From: Phyllosticta citribraziliensis
Taxonomy: Eukaryota
Direction: 5' to 3'
Assembly (NCBI RefSeq): GCF_038025025.1
Contig: NW_027117339.1
Span: 186,001-250,000, forward strand
DNA length: 64,000 nucleotides
Part shown: positions 26,324 through 38,872 of the stretch, one piece after another
Position numbering within the stretch: position 1 is the first letter of the stretch
Layout of the letters: every line of letters begins with the position of its first letter
The notes under the pieces: model-generated
The model's database searches: none
The model's input: only the letters and a program-made list of their open reading frames with translations
Told to the model about the DNA's origin: nothing
Translations under genes and position numbers: made by a program

Positions 26324-26855
26324 CTTGTGCTGCTGCGCGAGCGGCTGGTGGAAGAGTTTGTGTCCAAGGGTGCGAGAAGAGTGGTGAATGGAAAAGGTCC
26401 GTGAATGGATTCGTAAGGGAATGTGTGGAGAAGGTTGGTGTCGAGGCGAAGTGACTGGGCACCGACAGAGTTTTGCACGTTGCGCAAAGACAATGTGGAC
26501 AGCGTTTGCCCTGTGTGCAACCTGTTCGACTTGACGCTGATAAAAATAAAAGACTGAGTGGCTCTTGTGTTGGCTGTAAGTGCTGACTGAAGTGAGATGT
26601 ATCGTCTAATGTGCAGCTAACTGAGTAGACCTGGTTTTGTAGCCCGCGCTTCCTCACTTCCCAAAGCAGTCATCGATACTCAGGTCCAACAACGCCGGCA
26701 CCCACCCGTCCACCGGCCAACACTGTTCGCACCAGCCACAAAGGAGGCAAGCCGCTCAGCGAGCCGCTCAGCACGCAGTCATCAAACAGCCACCATTCCC
26801 TCTTCTGCATCCACACCAACCAAGTCATCACGGACAAAGAGAACTTCGACATCAA

Positions 26856-27752
26856 ATGCCTCGCAATATCGCAGAGGTGAGTGCAATCAAGTGTCCATTC
26901 AATCAATCGAAGCTGACCACAAAAAATGCCCCAGGCACTGGGCCCGACATGAATCACATGGCCAACATACCTCAACTGCCCTTTGATCTCATGAAAGTCA
27001 TCGAGCACGTTCGCGTCCTCCTCATCGACCTTGAGGCAACTCTCAACTTGTCGCAGAAGACGATCAGTGACCTCATCGAGACATGCTCCAAGGCAGATGT
27101 GAACTTGAGCGGCCTCCCAAATACATCTATGGAGGGCACAGAACATGGCGACACGGAAGCGACTCCTCCCATTGACGCATTGCTTGCACAGCACTTGCGC
27201 GATGGTGACGAGAAAGCCGCTTCCGACCGTCTCGCGACAGTAGTCGCGCAGAAAACTTTGAAATCCACCCAAATTCTTAACCAACCGTTGGAAAGGTCGC
27301 TCTCGCACATTCGCGCGACAATCCCGACACTGGTAATCACCACAAACCTCCTCTCGGCCCCCACAAGCGCCAAACGCGGAATTGAATGTCTTCACAGGCT
27401 CAAGCAAGAGATGCTTCCCATTACCCAACACCAACGCAACGTCTTGGAGCCCTTCCTGGCACAAATGAACCAAATCTTGGACGATAACGAGAAGCTTTGC
27501 TGGGATCTCCTTGCGGACGACGAGAGAGCCAGAGTTGCAGAGATCTCCTTGTACAAAATCATCACGGCGTACGGATTCCTGGACCACCACAATTTTTTGG
27601 AAGAGGCGGTTGAGAAGCTTTGTGCATATCATCTTCGACCAAACGTCAAAAAACTTCAGATGGTGAACGACCAGCTCAGCAAATACCGCACTCGGCTCGA
27701 AAACTGGAGGGAGCACATCCCACTGCGCGTCCCAAACGGAGATTCTGAGTAA
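26856..27752 (+). CDS. Orphan alpha-helical protein (start 26856 unspliced, or 26949 if intron 26877-26934 is removed)
   Basis: 298-aa ORF with a Leu-rich amphipathic helical pattern and a canonical intron near the 5' end. Confidence 0.65.
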   Translation: MPRNIAEVSAIKCPFNQSKLTTKNAPGTGPDMNHMANIPQLPFDLMKVIEHVRVLLIDLEATLNLSQKTISDLIETCSKADVNLSGLPNTSMEGTEHGDTEATPPIDALLAQHLRDGDEKAASDRLATVVAQKTLKSTQILNQPLERSLSHIRATIPTLVITTNLLSAPTSAKRGIECLHRLKQEMLPITQHQRNVLEPFLAQMNQILDDNEKLCWDLLADDERARVAEISLYKIITAYGFLDHHNFLEEAVEKLCAYHLRPNVKKLQMVNDQLSKYRTRLENWREHIPLRVPNGDSE

Positions 27753-28450
27753 TTCTCGGGCTGGGCTCGAGGGCGGGCACAACTCAGAAGAGTGATGAGT
27801 CTTAGAGGTTGCAAAGAACAGTCGTGACGTCAGCATGGAGGCATGCTCAATAGGCACTGAGACGGCGTTGGATACTGAGGCAACGGTCTTGGAAGAAAGT
27901 TGCTCGCAAAAGGGCAAGAATTTGGCCAAAAGCTTGTGCATCAATGCTATGGAAGCTTGAAGGGCGACAGTGACAAGCTGGGGGGTAGAGATTAGTCAAA
28001 ATTCGATACAGGGAATGAAAACCACAAGTTTCCAAACCATCCTGAAGTTCAGCCTGTGATATGCACGAGAAGTTCAAATTTTAGGTGGCTGCCAGCTGAA
28101 AGAAGCTGATGAAAGACAATTAAAGCTCCAACAGTGGACTGCTTGTCGACATGGTCGATGACGTGGGGAACGACTTTGTCGCCGCGACGGCTGCAATGTG
28201 AAGTCGTGTGAGAGCCTAAAAACCGCATTGGGTGCTGGAGTCATGTTGAGTTGTGTGAGAAATCCCGACCATCCTCTGGCAACCCTCTTCCGCCTCTCCC
28301 CTTCGCCAACCTCACGTCTTTCCCTCCCCACCACCACTCAGCCAGCTCCACTCAAGTCCACGCACCTACATCCTCGATTCTTTCAATCCGTGAGTACCCA
28401 TTGACCATACGTGAACAATACGCTTACTTTTAATCAGAATCACCTCGACC

Positions 28451-28987
28451 ATGGCCGACAAGGCGAGAACCGTGGAGGAGCTCCAGAAGAAGCTCGCTCA
28501 ACTGCGTCAAGAGTGCAAGGCGGCCGAGGATGAGAATGCCAGACTTCGAGCGGAAAACCTTGAGAAGGACGCAGAGATTGAACGCGAGCTCAAGGCAGCC
28601 AGAGACAAGCTTGCTCCTGCTCTCCGCAGGCTGAAGTCCGAGATATACGACAACCACGAAGATTTGTCAGTCTACATGGAGGCGTGCCAGATGGAGAGCA
28701 TGATTCTTGGAAAAATCACTGAGCTTGAACACATCCTCGACGATCTGAAGATGGAGGAGGAGGAAGGCGCCGACAACAAGAAAATTCAGGCCAGCTTCCA
28801 AGAGATCATCAACGAACTCAGAAAGCTCTGGACCGAGGGCAACGGCAAAGGCGAATCGTTGGAGACATACTGGAAGAGGATGTGTGACATCTGGGCCGAG
28901 GGCAACAAGAAGGTTGAGGAATCGGGCCTGGACCTTGGAGTCACGTTCGGAAAGCCCAGCGCTGAAGATTTCGCGCGCTTTGAATGA
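28451..28987 (+). CDS. Orphan coiled-coil protein, 178 aa
   Basis: Good start context (accATGG), E/K/L heptads, internal repeat LWTEGNGK/IWAEGNKK; probable 5'UTR intron at 28390-28437. Confidence 0.75.
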   Translation: MADKARTVEELQKKLAQLRQECKAAEDENARLRAENLEKDAEIERELKAARDKLAPALRRLKSEIYDNHEDLSVYMEACQMESMILGKITELEHILDDLKMEEEEGADNKKIQASFQEIINELRKLWTEGNGKGESLETYWKRMCDIWAEGNKKVEESGLDLGVTFGKPSAEDFARFE

Positions 28988-29817
28988 TGGATGAACGAAT
29001 CATCAGCCTCGATAACCACTCCCGGCATCAAGGTGACGACGAAGAGGCCTTTTCAACCGGAGTGGGAGGGTGTTGCTGGCAAACTCTGAATGGTTGATCC
29101 TGCACAGGGTGCTGATTGGAAGGAAGCTCTAAGGATCGTGGGTCGATACAGCATCTGCAAGGTGGTCAGGGCATTCTGGGCTCGGTACGGGAAGGTGACA
29201 CAATCAACACGTCTTCGACCATGGAGAGCCTCTGTCTGGCGACGGCAAAAAGGGTGATCGGGCAGGGTGGTCGACTGTACGAGTGGCTCATCAGGAAAGC
29301 CGAGGATTGGGGCTCTTGGTCTCTGCCCTGCTTCTTCCCCCAACTGGATCAGTTTCAAAATTCAAATGGATTTTCCAAAAAGAAGTGTGCCTCATGTGTC
29401 TGCGTAAAAGGTACACAGAGCGGCGTTCGCTACGTCGATGCGCACGAAAAATTTGGAGCCGGCGCCAACCTAGTGCTTGCTAGCCAGCAGAGGAGAGCGA
29501 CATTCGCTCGAGCCTTGCCGGCGGGTCGCTCTAGATGACGAAGGCAAATGGAAGCACAGATGGCTTGGATGAGACAGAGAGAGTTGAACGTGGACAGTGT
29601 TGGAGACGGGATGAAGTTCGTGAGCTGTGAGAGGGGTCCTTTAAACCCGGTCTATTGCCGGCGCTAGCGCTTCCTAGGTCTTCCCGTCGAGCTTCCGTTG
29701 CGACCAACCTTCTACCAACACCATCCAACTCCAACCCCAGCTCCCAAGCCGCTGCAAATCAGAGCCAACAGCTACCCACATCCAACCCAACCTCCAGAAG
29801 CACAGCCAAGCGCCATC

Positions 29818-30462
29818 ATGTCCGACAAAAAGTCCGGGGCCTACGGCACCAACTCCGCATCCGACACGTCCTTCCGCAAGACCTGGGACCGCTCCGAATA
29901 CGCTCAACGAGCCGCCGATCACGATGCCAAAATCAAGGAAGAGGGAAAGGCCCGGTATGAGGCGGCGCTGGCCGGCAAAAAGTACGTGCGGCGCGCGTCG
30001 ACGCCGCCTGACGCAAGGGAAACAGAGGCGCGCAAGAATCGCCTGGATGTGGGCTCGATGGTGGGCAAGACAATGCTAGTGCCGGCGGGCAGTGCGGTCG
30101 GCAAGCGCGGTAGAGGTGCTGGATTCTATTGCGAGGCTTGCGACTTGACATTCAAGGATAACCTGCAGTTTGTGGAGCACTTGAACAGCAAGCAGCACTT
30201 GGTGGCGACGGGGCAGACGGGTGAGGTAAAGCAAGCGACAGTGCAAGAGGTGCGGGATCGGCTGGCGTGGCTCAAGAGGAAGCGAGAGGAAGACAAGAAT
30301 GAGGAGGTCATAGACTTGCAGGCCAGGTTGGAGAGCGCAAAGGAGAAGGAAGACCGCGAGCGCGAAGAGAAGAGGCGGAAGAGAAACGAGAAGAGGAGGA
30401 AGACCAAGGACGGCAAAGGCCATCAACAAGACTATGACCCAAGGTCTGGAATCATCGCATGA
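29818..30462 (+). CDS. SNU23: U4/U6.U5 tri-snRNP zinc-finger protein Snu23/ZMAT2
   Basis: FRKTWDRSEY, GAGFYCEACDLTFKDNLQFVEHLNSKQH (U1-type C2H2), basic tail. Confidence 0.92.
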   Translation: MSDKKSGAYGTNSASDTSFRKTWDRSEYAQRAADHDAKIKEEGKARYEAALAGKKYVRRASTPPDARETEARKNRLDVGSMVGKTMLVPAGSAVGKRGRGAGFYCEACDLTFKDNLQFVEHLNSKQHLVATGQTGEVKQATVQEVRDRLAWLKRKREEDKNEEVIDLQARLESAKEKEDREREEKRRKRNEKRRKTKDGKGHQQDYDPRSGIIA

Positions 30463-31350
30463 GGATGCCAGCCGCAGCGACACACGGCCCAGCCAAAGAC
30501 GAAGATTCACGTCAGGAACCCAGCCAGGCAATTCCACATTACTCCGGAGTCCCGGCAGGAAAATGATGTATATCACTTGTGCAATGAAGCTTCCAAGCTT
30601 TACGAAAATCCTACCAGCACTTCATGCTAACCACGGCCAACGAGGACGCTTACCACGCCACATGCCTCTTGACTGCATCTCAGACTGCACTGCACGGCAT
30701 ACCTTGGTCAATCGGCGGCGGACCTTGCCGTACAAGACACCTCTTCCAAAAACTATTCCCAAACGTAATCCCAGATCCGCGCGCAAATATCTCGAACAGC
30801 CACCAACCGCAGCTACAAATACGCGCCGCGGCAGCAAGGGTCTCGTTTCGACCCCGCCGACGCCGAAGCACGTGGCTTAGCATTTACCCACCGAATTCAC
30901 TCCCCGAAGATGGCAGTGCGGGGCGCCGCACTGGCCGGTGGCGTCGCCGAGATGAAGCAGCGCAGTTTGGCCGGGTCAATAACCGAGAGCGAGGAGAAAT
31001 GAACGATTCAATAATTGCAAGAGAAGCCAAGGATTCCCTCAATGTCCCACTGGATAAATGAGACCCGTGAGACCCTGTCTGCTGTCGCCGTGCGTAGAGG
31101 CAGAAAAAAGGGGTCGAGCGATACAGGTGCCCACGGTCCAAGCACAGCGCCTGCAGCACTTTCGGAGTTCAGTCGAGGAAATAAATACCCCCTTCTTCCT
31201 CCAGGATCACAGCATGCCGAGACACGAGTTCAGGGCGGCCAATTTAGCGAAAAATAAGTCAATGTATGTACAGCCTAGCCTACGGCAGGCAAACTAAAAG
31301 TACTCCTACAAGACCAACCCAGTCTGCCACCCGATTCCTCTCATCCGCGT

Positions 31351-32164
31351 CTACGAGACGGAAACGGTAAACTCGGAGACCGTCAGCACAGCATCGCTGC
31401 CAGTGAAGGGCTCAGTGCCAGCCTGGACAGTCGTGAGGTACTGGCTGGTGCTGAAGCCCTGGTTCTGCTCGAGGTACGAGAAGAAGTCCATGAGATCGGC
31501 GCTGAACTCGGTGGTCTCGCTGTCCGCGACAAAGCTGTAGACAGTGGTGCTGCCGTTGGGGCCGCTGTACAGCTTGAAGCTGACGCCGCCGATGGTGGTG
31601 GTGGCGACGGCGGAGCCGGTCGAGGAGATGGGGCCCGCGCCGCCGAGGGCCGCCAGCCAGATCATGATTTCGTACTCGGAGTCGCCGCTGGCGGACGACG
31701 AGGTGAACAGGTCGTAGGCGACGTCGGCGACGGGGGTGCCGCTGTACGTGTACGAGTACTTCATGGTGGTGGGGATGGACGAGATGCTGCTGAGCTGCTT
31801 GGCGGTGAAGGAGAGGGCAGCGTTGGCGTACGACTTGACCGACGACGAGCTGCCACAACGACTACTGTCAGTACCCACGTCTTGCGAAACAAAAAGAGAA
31901 AGGGGAGTCAACGTACCCGCCGGACCAGCTCCAGTTGGTGTGCCAGGCAACCGTCTCGCCGTCGAGGCTGTCGACGCCGGTGCACTGCGACCCGGAATCC
32001 GCGTTGCCCTGGCCCCACAGGTTGTTGTAGACGGTGTAGCTGCCGGTCTGGATGGTGCCGTACTGCTCGCACGTGTCGGCGCGCTTGACGAGGGTGCGCG
32101 AGGGGGCGGCCGACGCGAGCGACGCGGCGCCAGCAAGCATGGCAGCAGTGGTGGAAAACTTCAT
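31351..32164 (-). CDS. GH12 xyloglucanase/endoglucanase, secreted
   Basis: Signal peptide, [55 protein letters not shown]; one intron. Confidence 0.95.
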
Positions 32165-32221
32165 CTCGAAAGGCGAAAGCGGGCTGCAAGTTTTGGACAG
32201 AAGGAATGGACCTGGATATCG

Positions 32222-32253
32222 AGACTGGACTGGACTGGACTGGACTGGACTGG
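32222..32253. repeat. (GACTG)n pentanucleotide microsatellite
   Basis: About six tandem units in the GH12 5' region. Confidence 0.85.
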
Positions 32254-33569
32254 ATCACAAGAGAGGATCGAAGCTGGCAGACGCGGGTTTATAAGAACCG
32301 AAACGTGGAGGGATGATGGGCTGCCTGCCCCAAAGCACACGCGAACAATGGATAAAACCTTCGGCAGACCAGTCGACGTACGTCCCTACGCCCATCACGT
32401 CCCAAGCGAGCACCCACCCAGCAGTAGCAGCAGCAAAACAAGAGAGATCTCCTTCACACATCTACCGCAGTACGTGGTGATAGGTGGGCCCCCCGCGATG
32501 CCCCCTGTTTGGGGTTTTGGCGACGGCAGCATCCGCCGCGTGCGTGCGTCACAGATTCATGGCTGCTGGCTGGCCTACATTCACATTGCACGCACACCTT
32601 CCGCATCGAGTGTGTGCGGCGGCTGAAAGAGAATGGCTCCGCTGCCGCTTGTAGCACGCGTGCCCCGTGTATGGTGCGAAGTACCTACAGAGCTGCCGTT
32701 CTCGCGCAGCACCTCCCGGATCGGCGTGCCGACGGATGGCCGGCCGGACAAATCTCCACCCACCGCACCGCGCCCGTTTCAGTTCGCTTGCGCCGCTGCG
32801 TTTCATGTCGGTCGAGACTTGATGCTGGCTGGAGCGAGGCCGCGCTTCGAGAAAAGAGCCTCCGCACTGTCGTCGTGGTGCCTTTTTGTTGTGTGTATAT
32901 GTATAGCGCGCGGGCTGCTGGCTCGCTTCGTGAAGGCTGGCTGGCCTGACGGCGACGTGGGTGTGTGATTCAAGCAACGAACCGAACGAACGCGTTGCTC
33001 GCTTGTTTGCGTTGCCGAAATTACTATCATCCTGCTGCTGTTGCTCTTCTCTGTTCCACTATGCTCTGTTCTACTCTGCTCCCCAGAAAGAAAGCGAGAC
33101 AACCCAAGGAAACGCACGCCTAGCAGCATCCACGCAACGCCGATGTACGGACGTTTCGTTTGTCGTTTCAACGCATCGTTCATCTGCGCCTACGCGTTTG
33201 ACGGCGACGGCGGCTCCGACGAGCAGCACGTCCGCAAAGGAGAGTGGGAGACCTGACCGGCATCCTATTTTTATTGTTGTTGTTGTTCGCATCATCGTCA
33301 CTAGCGAGAGACCTGGACAGTGCAGACAGAGCACTGCACGTACATATACATAGGTAGCGGTTTCGCCCTTCCATCACCTCCACCATCTCTTTTCACCCAT
33401 TGCACCGTCACTCTCCCACCCCTCCTCCCACCGCACCATCCCTCAACCTCAACCTCAACCGTTGTGACCTGCCTCAACGAGCACACGGCGCGGTACGGCA
33501 CACAAGAGCGCGATTGTGGGGATCGGGCGAAGTATTGTTGGTCTGTGGAGAACAACACTTATCTACCTA

Positions 33570-33570
33570 G

Positions 33571-33607
<37 letters not shown>
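33570..33607. repeat. (CTGC)n microsatellite
   Basis: Directly visible tandem tetranucleotide. Confidence 0.9.
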
Positions 33608-33608
<1 letters not shown>

Positions 33609-33917
33609 TTTCTGAATAGACCACGCCGCGCCAAGAAATAGAGAGGGTCCAGCGGTGGGGTGGGGGTGGGGATAGCTTTGGCAGCCTGCTACATACAACA
33701 GGTGTACCTAGGAAGTCGGCAGTCAAGCACCCAGGTGCCAGCGCCGCGCTTTTGTATTCGTGGACTGCACTGCTGGACAGGACTGGACTGGACAAACGCT
33801 ACAAGAGGGGACGAGATGAGATGAGCCAGCTTTACCTGATTAGGTCGGTCCCGTCCGTCCCCGTCGGTTGATTCAGTCCTGTTCGATTGATTGGTGGGAC
33901 CTTGCTGTTCCCTCTTC

Positions 33918-33939
33918 CTCTCTCTCTCTCTCTCTCTCT
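33918..33939. repeat. (CT)n microsatellite
   Basis: Directly visible. Confidence 0.9.
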
Positions 33940-34667
33940 CCCTCTCCCTCTCCATTGCACTCTCCACCATCATCACAACGCAAGCTCTACCCACGTGCAA
34001 GCAAACGGCAGCAACTCACATCTACCCACGCACCCACGTGGGTCGGCAGCCAGTCCGTGGCAGTCCAGTTTCCCGTCCGTCCGTCCGTCGAGATAAGCTT
34101 TCTGGTGCGTAGGCAGTAAGGTTGGCGCCGGGCCGCGCGCTAGCGGTACCTAGTACCCTCGTACCCTAGACACCCTGACTTGAATTGGCTAGCTGCCACC
34201 ACACCACCATCCCTTCCAATGCCCGGCTGTGTCGTACGCCACAGATCTTTCACAGCGTACCAAAACATGGCGTCACAGGAGTATCGTTTTCGCAATTCAA
34301 TCGCTGGGAAAGAAGAGGAGCGGGGGTTTACACATTATTACATCCATGTGTATTGCATCCTCGCGCTCGCTCGCTGGCTGGCTAGCTAGTCTAGCTGACT
34401 GGGTATCTTTCTCGCTATTATATATTGCTGCACGTCTCCTATTCGCGCCTTGATCAAAGCCTTGCCAATTCGGCCCTGCCCTGCCCGACTAAGCCCAAAA
34501 CAGTCAAATGATTGATCAAAACGCCGCCCTGTCCTCCATCTGGATGCTGAGATGCTGAGATGTTGAGATGAGATGCGTCTATTCGTCGTTTCTTTCTTGC
34601 TCTCGTTTGCCGAGAATTGTCGGCAAGCATGCTCGCTCGTTGGCATGTCAAAACGCTTGGAAAGATT

Positions 34668-34690
34668 AAAAAAAAAAAAAAAAAAAAAAA
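34668..34690. repeat. Poly(A) tract
   Basis: 23 consecutive A. Confidence 0.9.
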
Positions 34691-35070
34691 GATGGCAAAA
34701 AGGTCGAGAACCGCAAACCGACTCGGGACGTGATCTTCCGGACGGCCGTGTGTGAGATGAGGTGCCCGGTGATGTACGACTGGGGGCGCCGCCGGGCTGG
34801 ATTGCAGGGCGGGCAGGCGGGTGGGAGCACGAGGCCGGGGCGAGCGAGGGAGCGTTTCGACGGGCGCAGGAGCTTGGTGCGTGACCGACTTGACGGCTGC
34901 AAGGAAGCCAGTCGTACGGGTCGAGGTCGGTGTCGCTGTGGGTTGCCCTCTCGTGTCGCTTCCGTCATTTGCGCCCCTCCGACGCAATCCATGCACTCTT
35001 TCGGCCACGTCCAGAAAGAATCGATTGGATACAGCGACAAAAGTTGTTTTCCAAGACGCGTGCAACGGGC

Positions 35071-36922
35071 TCAAGCCGCCCACCACCACTGCGGCGTCGC
35101 CGGCTTCCCGTCGGCTTTGGCGGTATCGGTCGGCGTCGATTCTGGCGTCGGCGACGGAGTCGAAAGAGAAACCGGCGTCGGCTGTGGCTTGGCCGCCTCT
35201 TTTAGTTCAGTCTTGGGCTTTTTTTCATCCGCATCGCTCGACTTGTCCGAGCCCCACAGGAGATAGCTCAAGCCCGAACCAAAGCCACCGCTGCTCTTGC
35301 TCTCTTGCTCGTCCTTCTTCGGCGCCTTGCATTCTTCGCCTCCCTCGATGAAGCCGTGCTCGTTCGAGTGCCCCGTGCGAAACGCATAACGTTCCCAGCT
35401 CATGCCGCGGCGGCGGCGGCCGTCGCCCTTGCGCACCGTCTCGCCCTGCACAACTTCGGTCTGGACCTCACCGTCGTAGTCGTACAAACGCGGCTCGAAA
35501 TCTTGGACAGAGGCCCAGGCGTGAATCAGGCGACGCCAGTAGCAGGCCTCGGCGGCAGGCGTGAGGTAGCGGTCGCGGAAAGTGGCGACAGACTCTGCGG
35601 CAATGGCGCGGGCGTAATCGGGGCGAGCGACGAGGTCGTCCATGACGGCCGGCAGGTCGTGAAAGTCGCGTTCTACGTGGATGTAGTTCTGCAGGGCTGT
35701 CAGTGAGGCGCTTGGCTGCTGGGATGTCGTCACAAACCTGACGCGACCCTTCGGAGCGGAGCAGCGGGTAGTAGTGGGCAACCCAGTCGAGCTCGTGGAT
35801 GACGGGGACGCTGTTGCAGTTGTGGAGATATCGCAGGCGGCCGCTCCAGGTGTTGCCTGCCAACGTCAGTTTCAACACACTCAACATTCGAAACAAACTT
35901 ACCCTCCGTGTGCGCGACAAACTTGTACTTGCAAAAGTCTTGCATGGGGATAACATTGTCGCGCGTCCTCCAGTCAATGGACTTGACGTCAGACCAGGAG
36001 TGATTGTCCGCCGCCTCAACGAGCGCCTTGCGCAGCCCACCGTTGACTCCCAAGCTTCCGCGCCAGGCCAACTGGGGAATCTTGTCGTCAAACGGGACTT
36101 CCATCTCCTTGACGTCATCGCGGAATTGAGGGTACGAGCCAACGGCGTCATCAGGGTAGGCCCACCCGTCAAAGTCCGGGACGACCCACATGTTTTGGTT
36201 CGTCTTGTGCCGAGCCCAGGTCCAGCGAATCTTGTCCGGGGAGCCCGCCTCGCCACGGTCGTGCAGGTCCAGCACGAATTCAATGTTTGGCAGCTCGCGC
36301 GGGTTGGGAATGGCATTCATGGCGCGGTGCAGCGAGGCAAGCGCGGCAAGACCTCGCGAGCGGTCAGGCTCTCCTTTGGTCTCGTTGACGACAATCAGCT
36401 GCGACGTGTTAGTTTGCGCCTGGCTACTAGTAAAGCGTACGGACCTGGCCGTTGTAAATCATGGCGTGGAATTCGCTGCGCGAGTTGGGAATGTCCTCCT
36501 CGCCCGCGCCAATGCGGACATCCTTCTCTTGAATCTTGCGGTCCTTGAAGTTCTCTCTTGCCCGGTCGACTTCTTGAAAGAGGCCTGGAAATGCCGCCTA
36601 CGTACGTTAGCAACGCCTTGAACCAGCCGAAGAAACCTACATCGCACTGGTCGTCCGTGAGGCCATAGTTCAAGGCATCCTTCTCCGGGTCGAAGCGCCA
36701 CCAACTGACGTGTGGTAGTTTGATTTTGCGAAAGCCGGCGCTCTCGAGGTGCGGTTTTGCCTCGTAGGAAGCCAGACCAATCAGAAAGACGGCAGCGGTG
36801 ATGGCGGCGGCAGCAAACAGCATCCGGCGGGGCGGAGCTCGTGCCTTTGGGCCATGGAGGGTGGGCGACCCGAGCGGGGTGTAGCGCGGAGCAGTTGGAG
36901 AGAGCAAGCTTTTCCAACCCAT
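35071..36922 (-). CDS. CAP10 / glycosyltransferase family 90-like type II membrane protein
   Basis: N-terminal TM, LPNIEF, VPDFDGWAYP, LAWRG, DFCKYKFVAHTEG|NTWSGRLRYL, FRDRYLTPAAEACYWRRLI; four introns. Confidence 0.88.
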
Positions 36923-38080
36923 GGTGCAACAAAAGCCAAAAGGTGTGGAAGAACAAACGGGCTGGGGGCGACTTTTAGATGCAGGAAATGTCGGTAGGCA
37001 GCGGGCCAGAAGCAGTGATATCAGGGCGCAAAAACGATAGGGCCACGGCACACGGACAAGCGTCGATCATAGGGTGGCGCAGGACACGGCGACGGCAGCC
37101 CAGGTCAGACCAAAGAGGCCAGAGCATGGTGGAGCGGAACAAAGGGAGCAGTGATAGCGGACGGTTTGTGGCGTGCTCGCAAAGGGTACCCATGGCAGGG
37201 CAGAGTAGCAACAGGCTGTAGCAGGCTCATTTTAGCGATACGGGTCGCGCCTTTCAGCCCTGTCATGGCAAGCCGGCATGTACGGTACTGTACATATTCA
37301 AGCACGGAGCGTAGCTTAGCAGGTGGAGCATATACGATGGGTCCCGGCCTCTTCGGCACGGCGAGTCGAGTCGAGTCGAGTTGGTGGCTGCTGCGATGCG
37401 AGCTGTGTCTCGGTACAACGCGCCCGTGTCAGCAGTCAAGTCAGCCGCGAACCAACCACTCAGCTCGTATCTGCGGCGACGTGAGGGGTACTCAGCGGTG
37501 GGAGGCCAGGTTGGGCCGGTGGTGGTGTTGATGTGAGGTCCAAACAGGCTCTGCTGGAGCCTGCCAGATTGGACGCCGAGCCAAGCCGCTGGATCCGGGT
37601 CTCCCGCCAACTGCCCTCGGATCCATCGCATGTCGACGCGAACAGACGCTCAACACCGACTCTCTCTGCATCGCGACTCCGAAACCACCATGCTGCTCCG
37701 CCGTCTGCGTCCATCTCTGCCGTCGCACAAAGACCTCTGCCGGCCCCCATTGTCCCCCCGACATCCTCTGACGTCACGGGGCTGACTGACTGACACCAAC
37801 ACTGCCCCAGACGCATTCCTCACACCAGCCACTCTGTGTTTAGATCTTGCGCCTCGCCGTTGAAGCAAATATACCCAGTCCTGTCAAATCCTCGATGAAA
37901 TTAGACCTTTTCTTTCCTATATCCCTCGATACTGACCGCACCCTTTGCATGATCCGGTACCTTGCATCACTAGCTTCGGCTCCAAAAACAGGGCCAATCC
38001 ACCGTCCAAGACCTCGAGACTACAGACCTCTACTCTGAATCAAGACACAAAGATCTATACTACCTGGACTCGCAGTCAGC

Positions 38081-38872
38081 ATGCCACAAACATTTGCGAC
38101 AAAGTCTCTCACCCCTTCCTCGAGCAACCGGGCCACAGCCGGCCACCATGTCAACGCCACTACCACGTCGTCGTCCCAGGCCCCAGCGGCAACCCCACAA
38201 ATCCACATAGCCTCCTCCTCGCCAACCCCCTCGCCTTCGCCCGCAACAGCGTCCCAGGCCTCCTCGCGTGCGCCCTCTCCTCGTGTCGCCGGCCCTAGCA
38301 CCTCGCAGCAGCACACCCGCCGGCCCTCGACGTCGCCCTCGCCTTCGCCTTCGTCCACGTCGCGGCACCACCGTGACTTGCCCCCCGATGATGCCGAGCG
38401 CCTCCGCGCCGCCAACGCTGGCTTCGCGCGCGCCATGGCCGGCACCTCGGCCGTGCGCGCCCGCGCAAAGAGCGACACAGGGCCCACGAGCGGCGGCGGG
38501 AGCCCCAAAGCCTCCATATGGGAGCGGCCGGGGAGCTCGCGGCGCAGCGGCGAGGTCGACGACGAGCTGGAGCGGCGGTGGGGCGCGTGGGAGAGGGGCG
38601 AGCTTGCATCCGGGTCAGGGTCGGCGTCGGACCGCGTGGCCAAGCCCAAGAGCACCAAGGCCGAGTCGGGCGGCACCAGGAGGGGCGGCGGCGGGACTGT
38701 CATTCTTCGGGATCAGGAGGGTGATGGTGCTGCTGGGCGCCCGCCGCCCCAGCCGGCGCCCGGCTTGCTCAAACGGCTTCGCAGCAAGATTGTCAAGGAT
38801 AAGGATCGCGTCAAGGAGATGGCGGAGAGGGCAAACGACCCGAGTCCGGATCACAAGTACGGGCCGTACTGA
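38081..38872 (+). CDS. Hypothetical low-complexity S/P/G/R-rich protein
   Basis: 263-aa GC-rich ATG-to-TGA ORF; no recognised domain. Confidence 0.55.
   Translation: MPQTFATKSLTPSSSNRATAGHHVNATTTSSSQAPAATPQIHIASSSPTPSPSPATASQASSRAPSPRVAGPSTSQQHTRRPSTSPSPSPSSTSRHHRDLPPDDAERLRAANAGFARAMAGTSAVRARAKSDTGPTSGGGSPKASIWERPGSSRRSGEVDDELERRWGAWERGELASGSGSASDRVAKPKSTKAESGGTRRGGGGTVILRDQEGDGAAGRPPPQPAPGLLKRLRSKIVKDKDRVKEMAERANDPSPDHKYGPY

Noticed and set aside
26670..27944. 424-aa minus-strand ORF
   Set aside because: It is the antisense shadow of the + strand helical gene; splice signals and amino-acid composition favour the + strand.
32300..35000. Many short ORFs in microsatellite-rich DNA
   Set aside because: Low-complexity intergenic sequence without coding signature.
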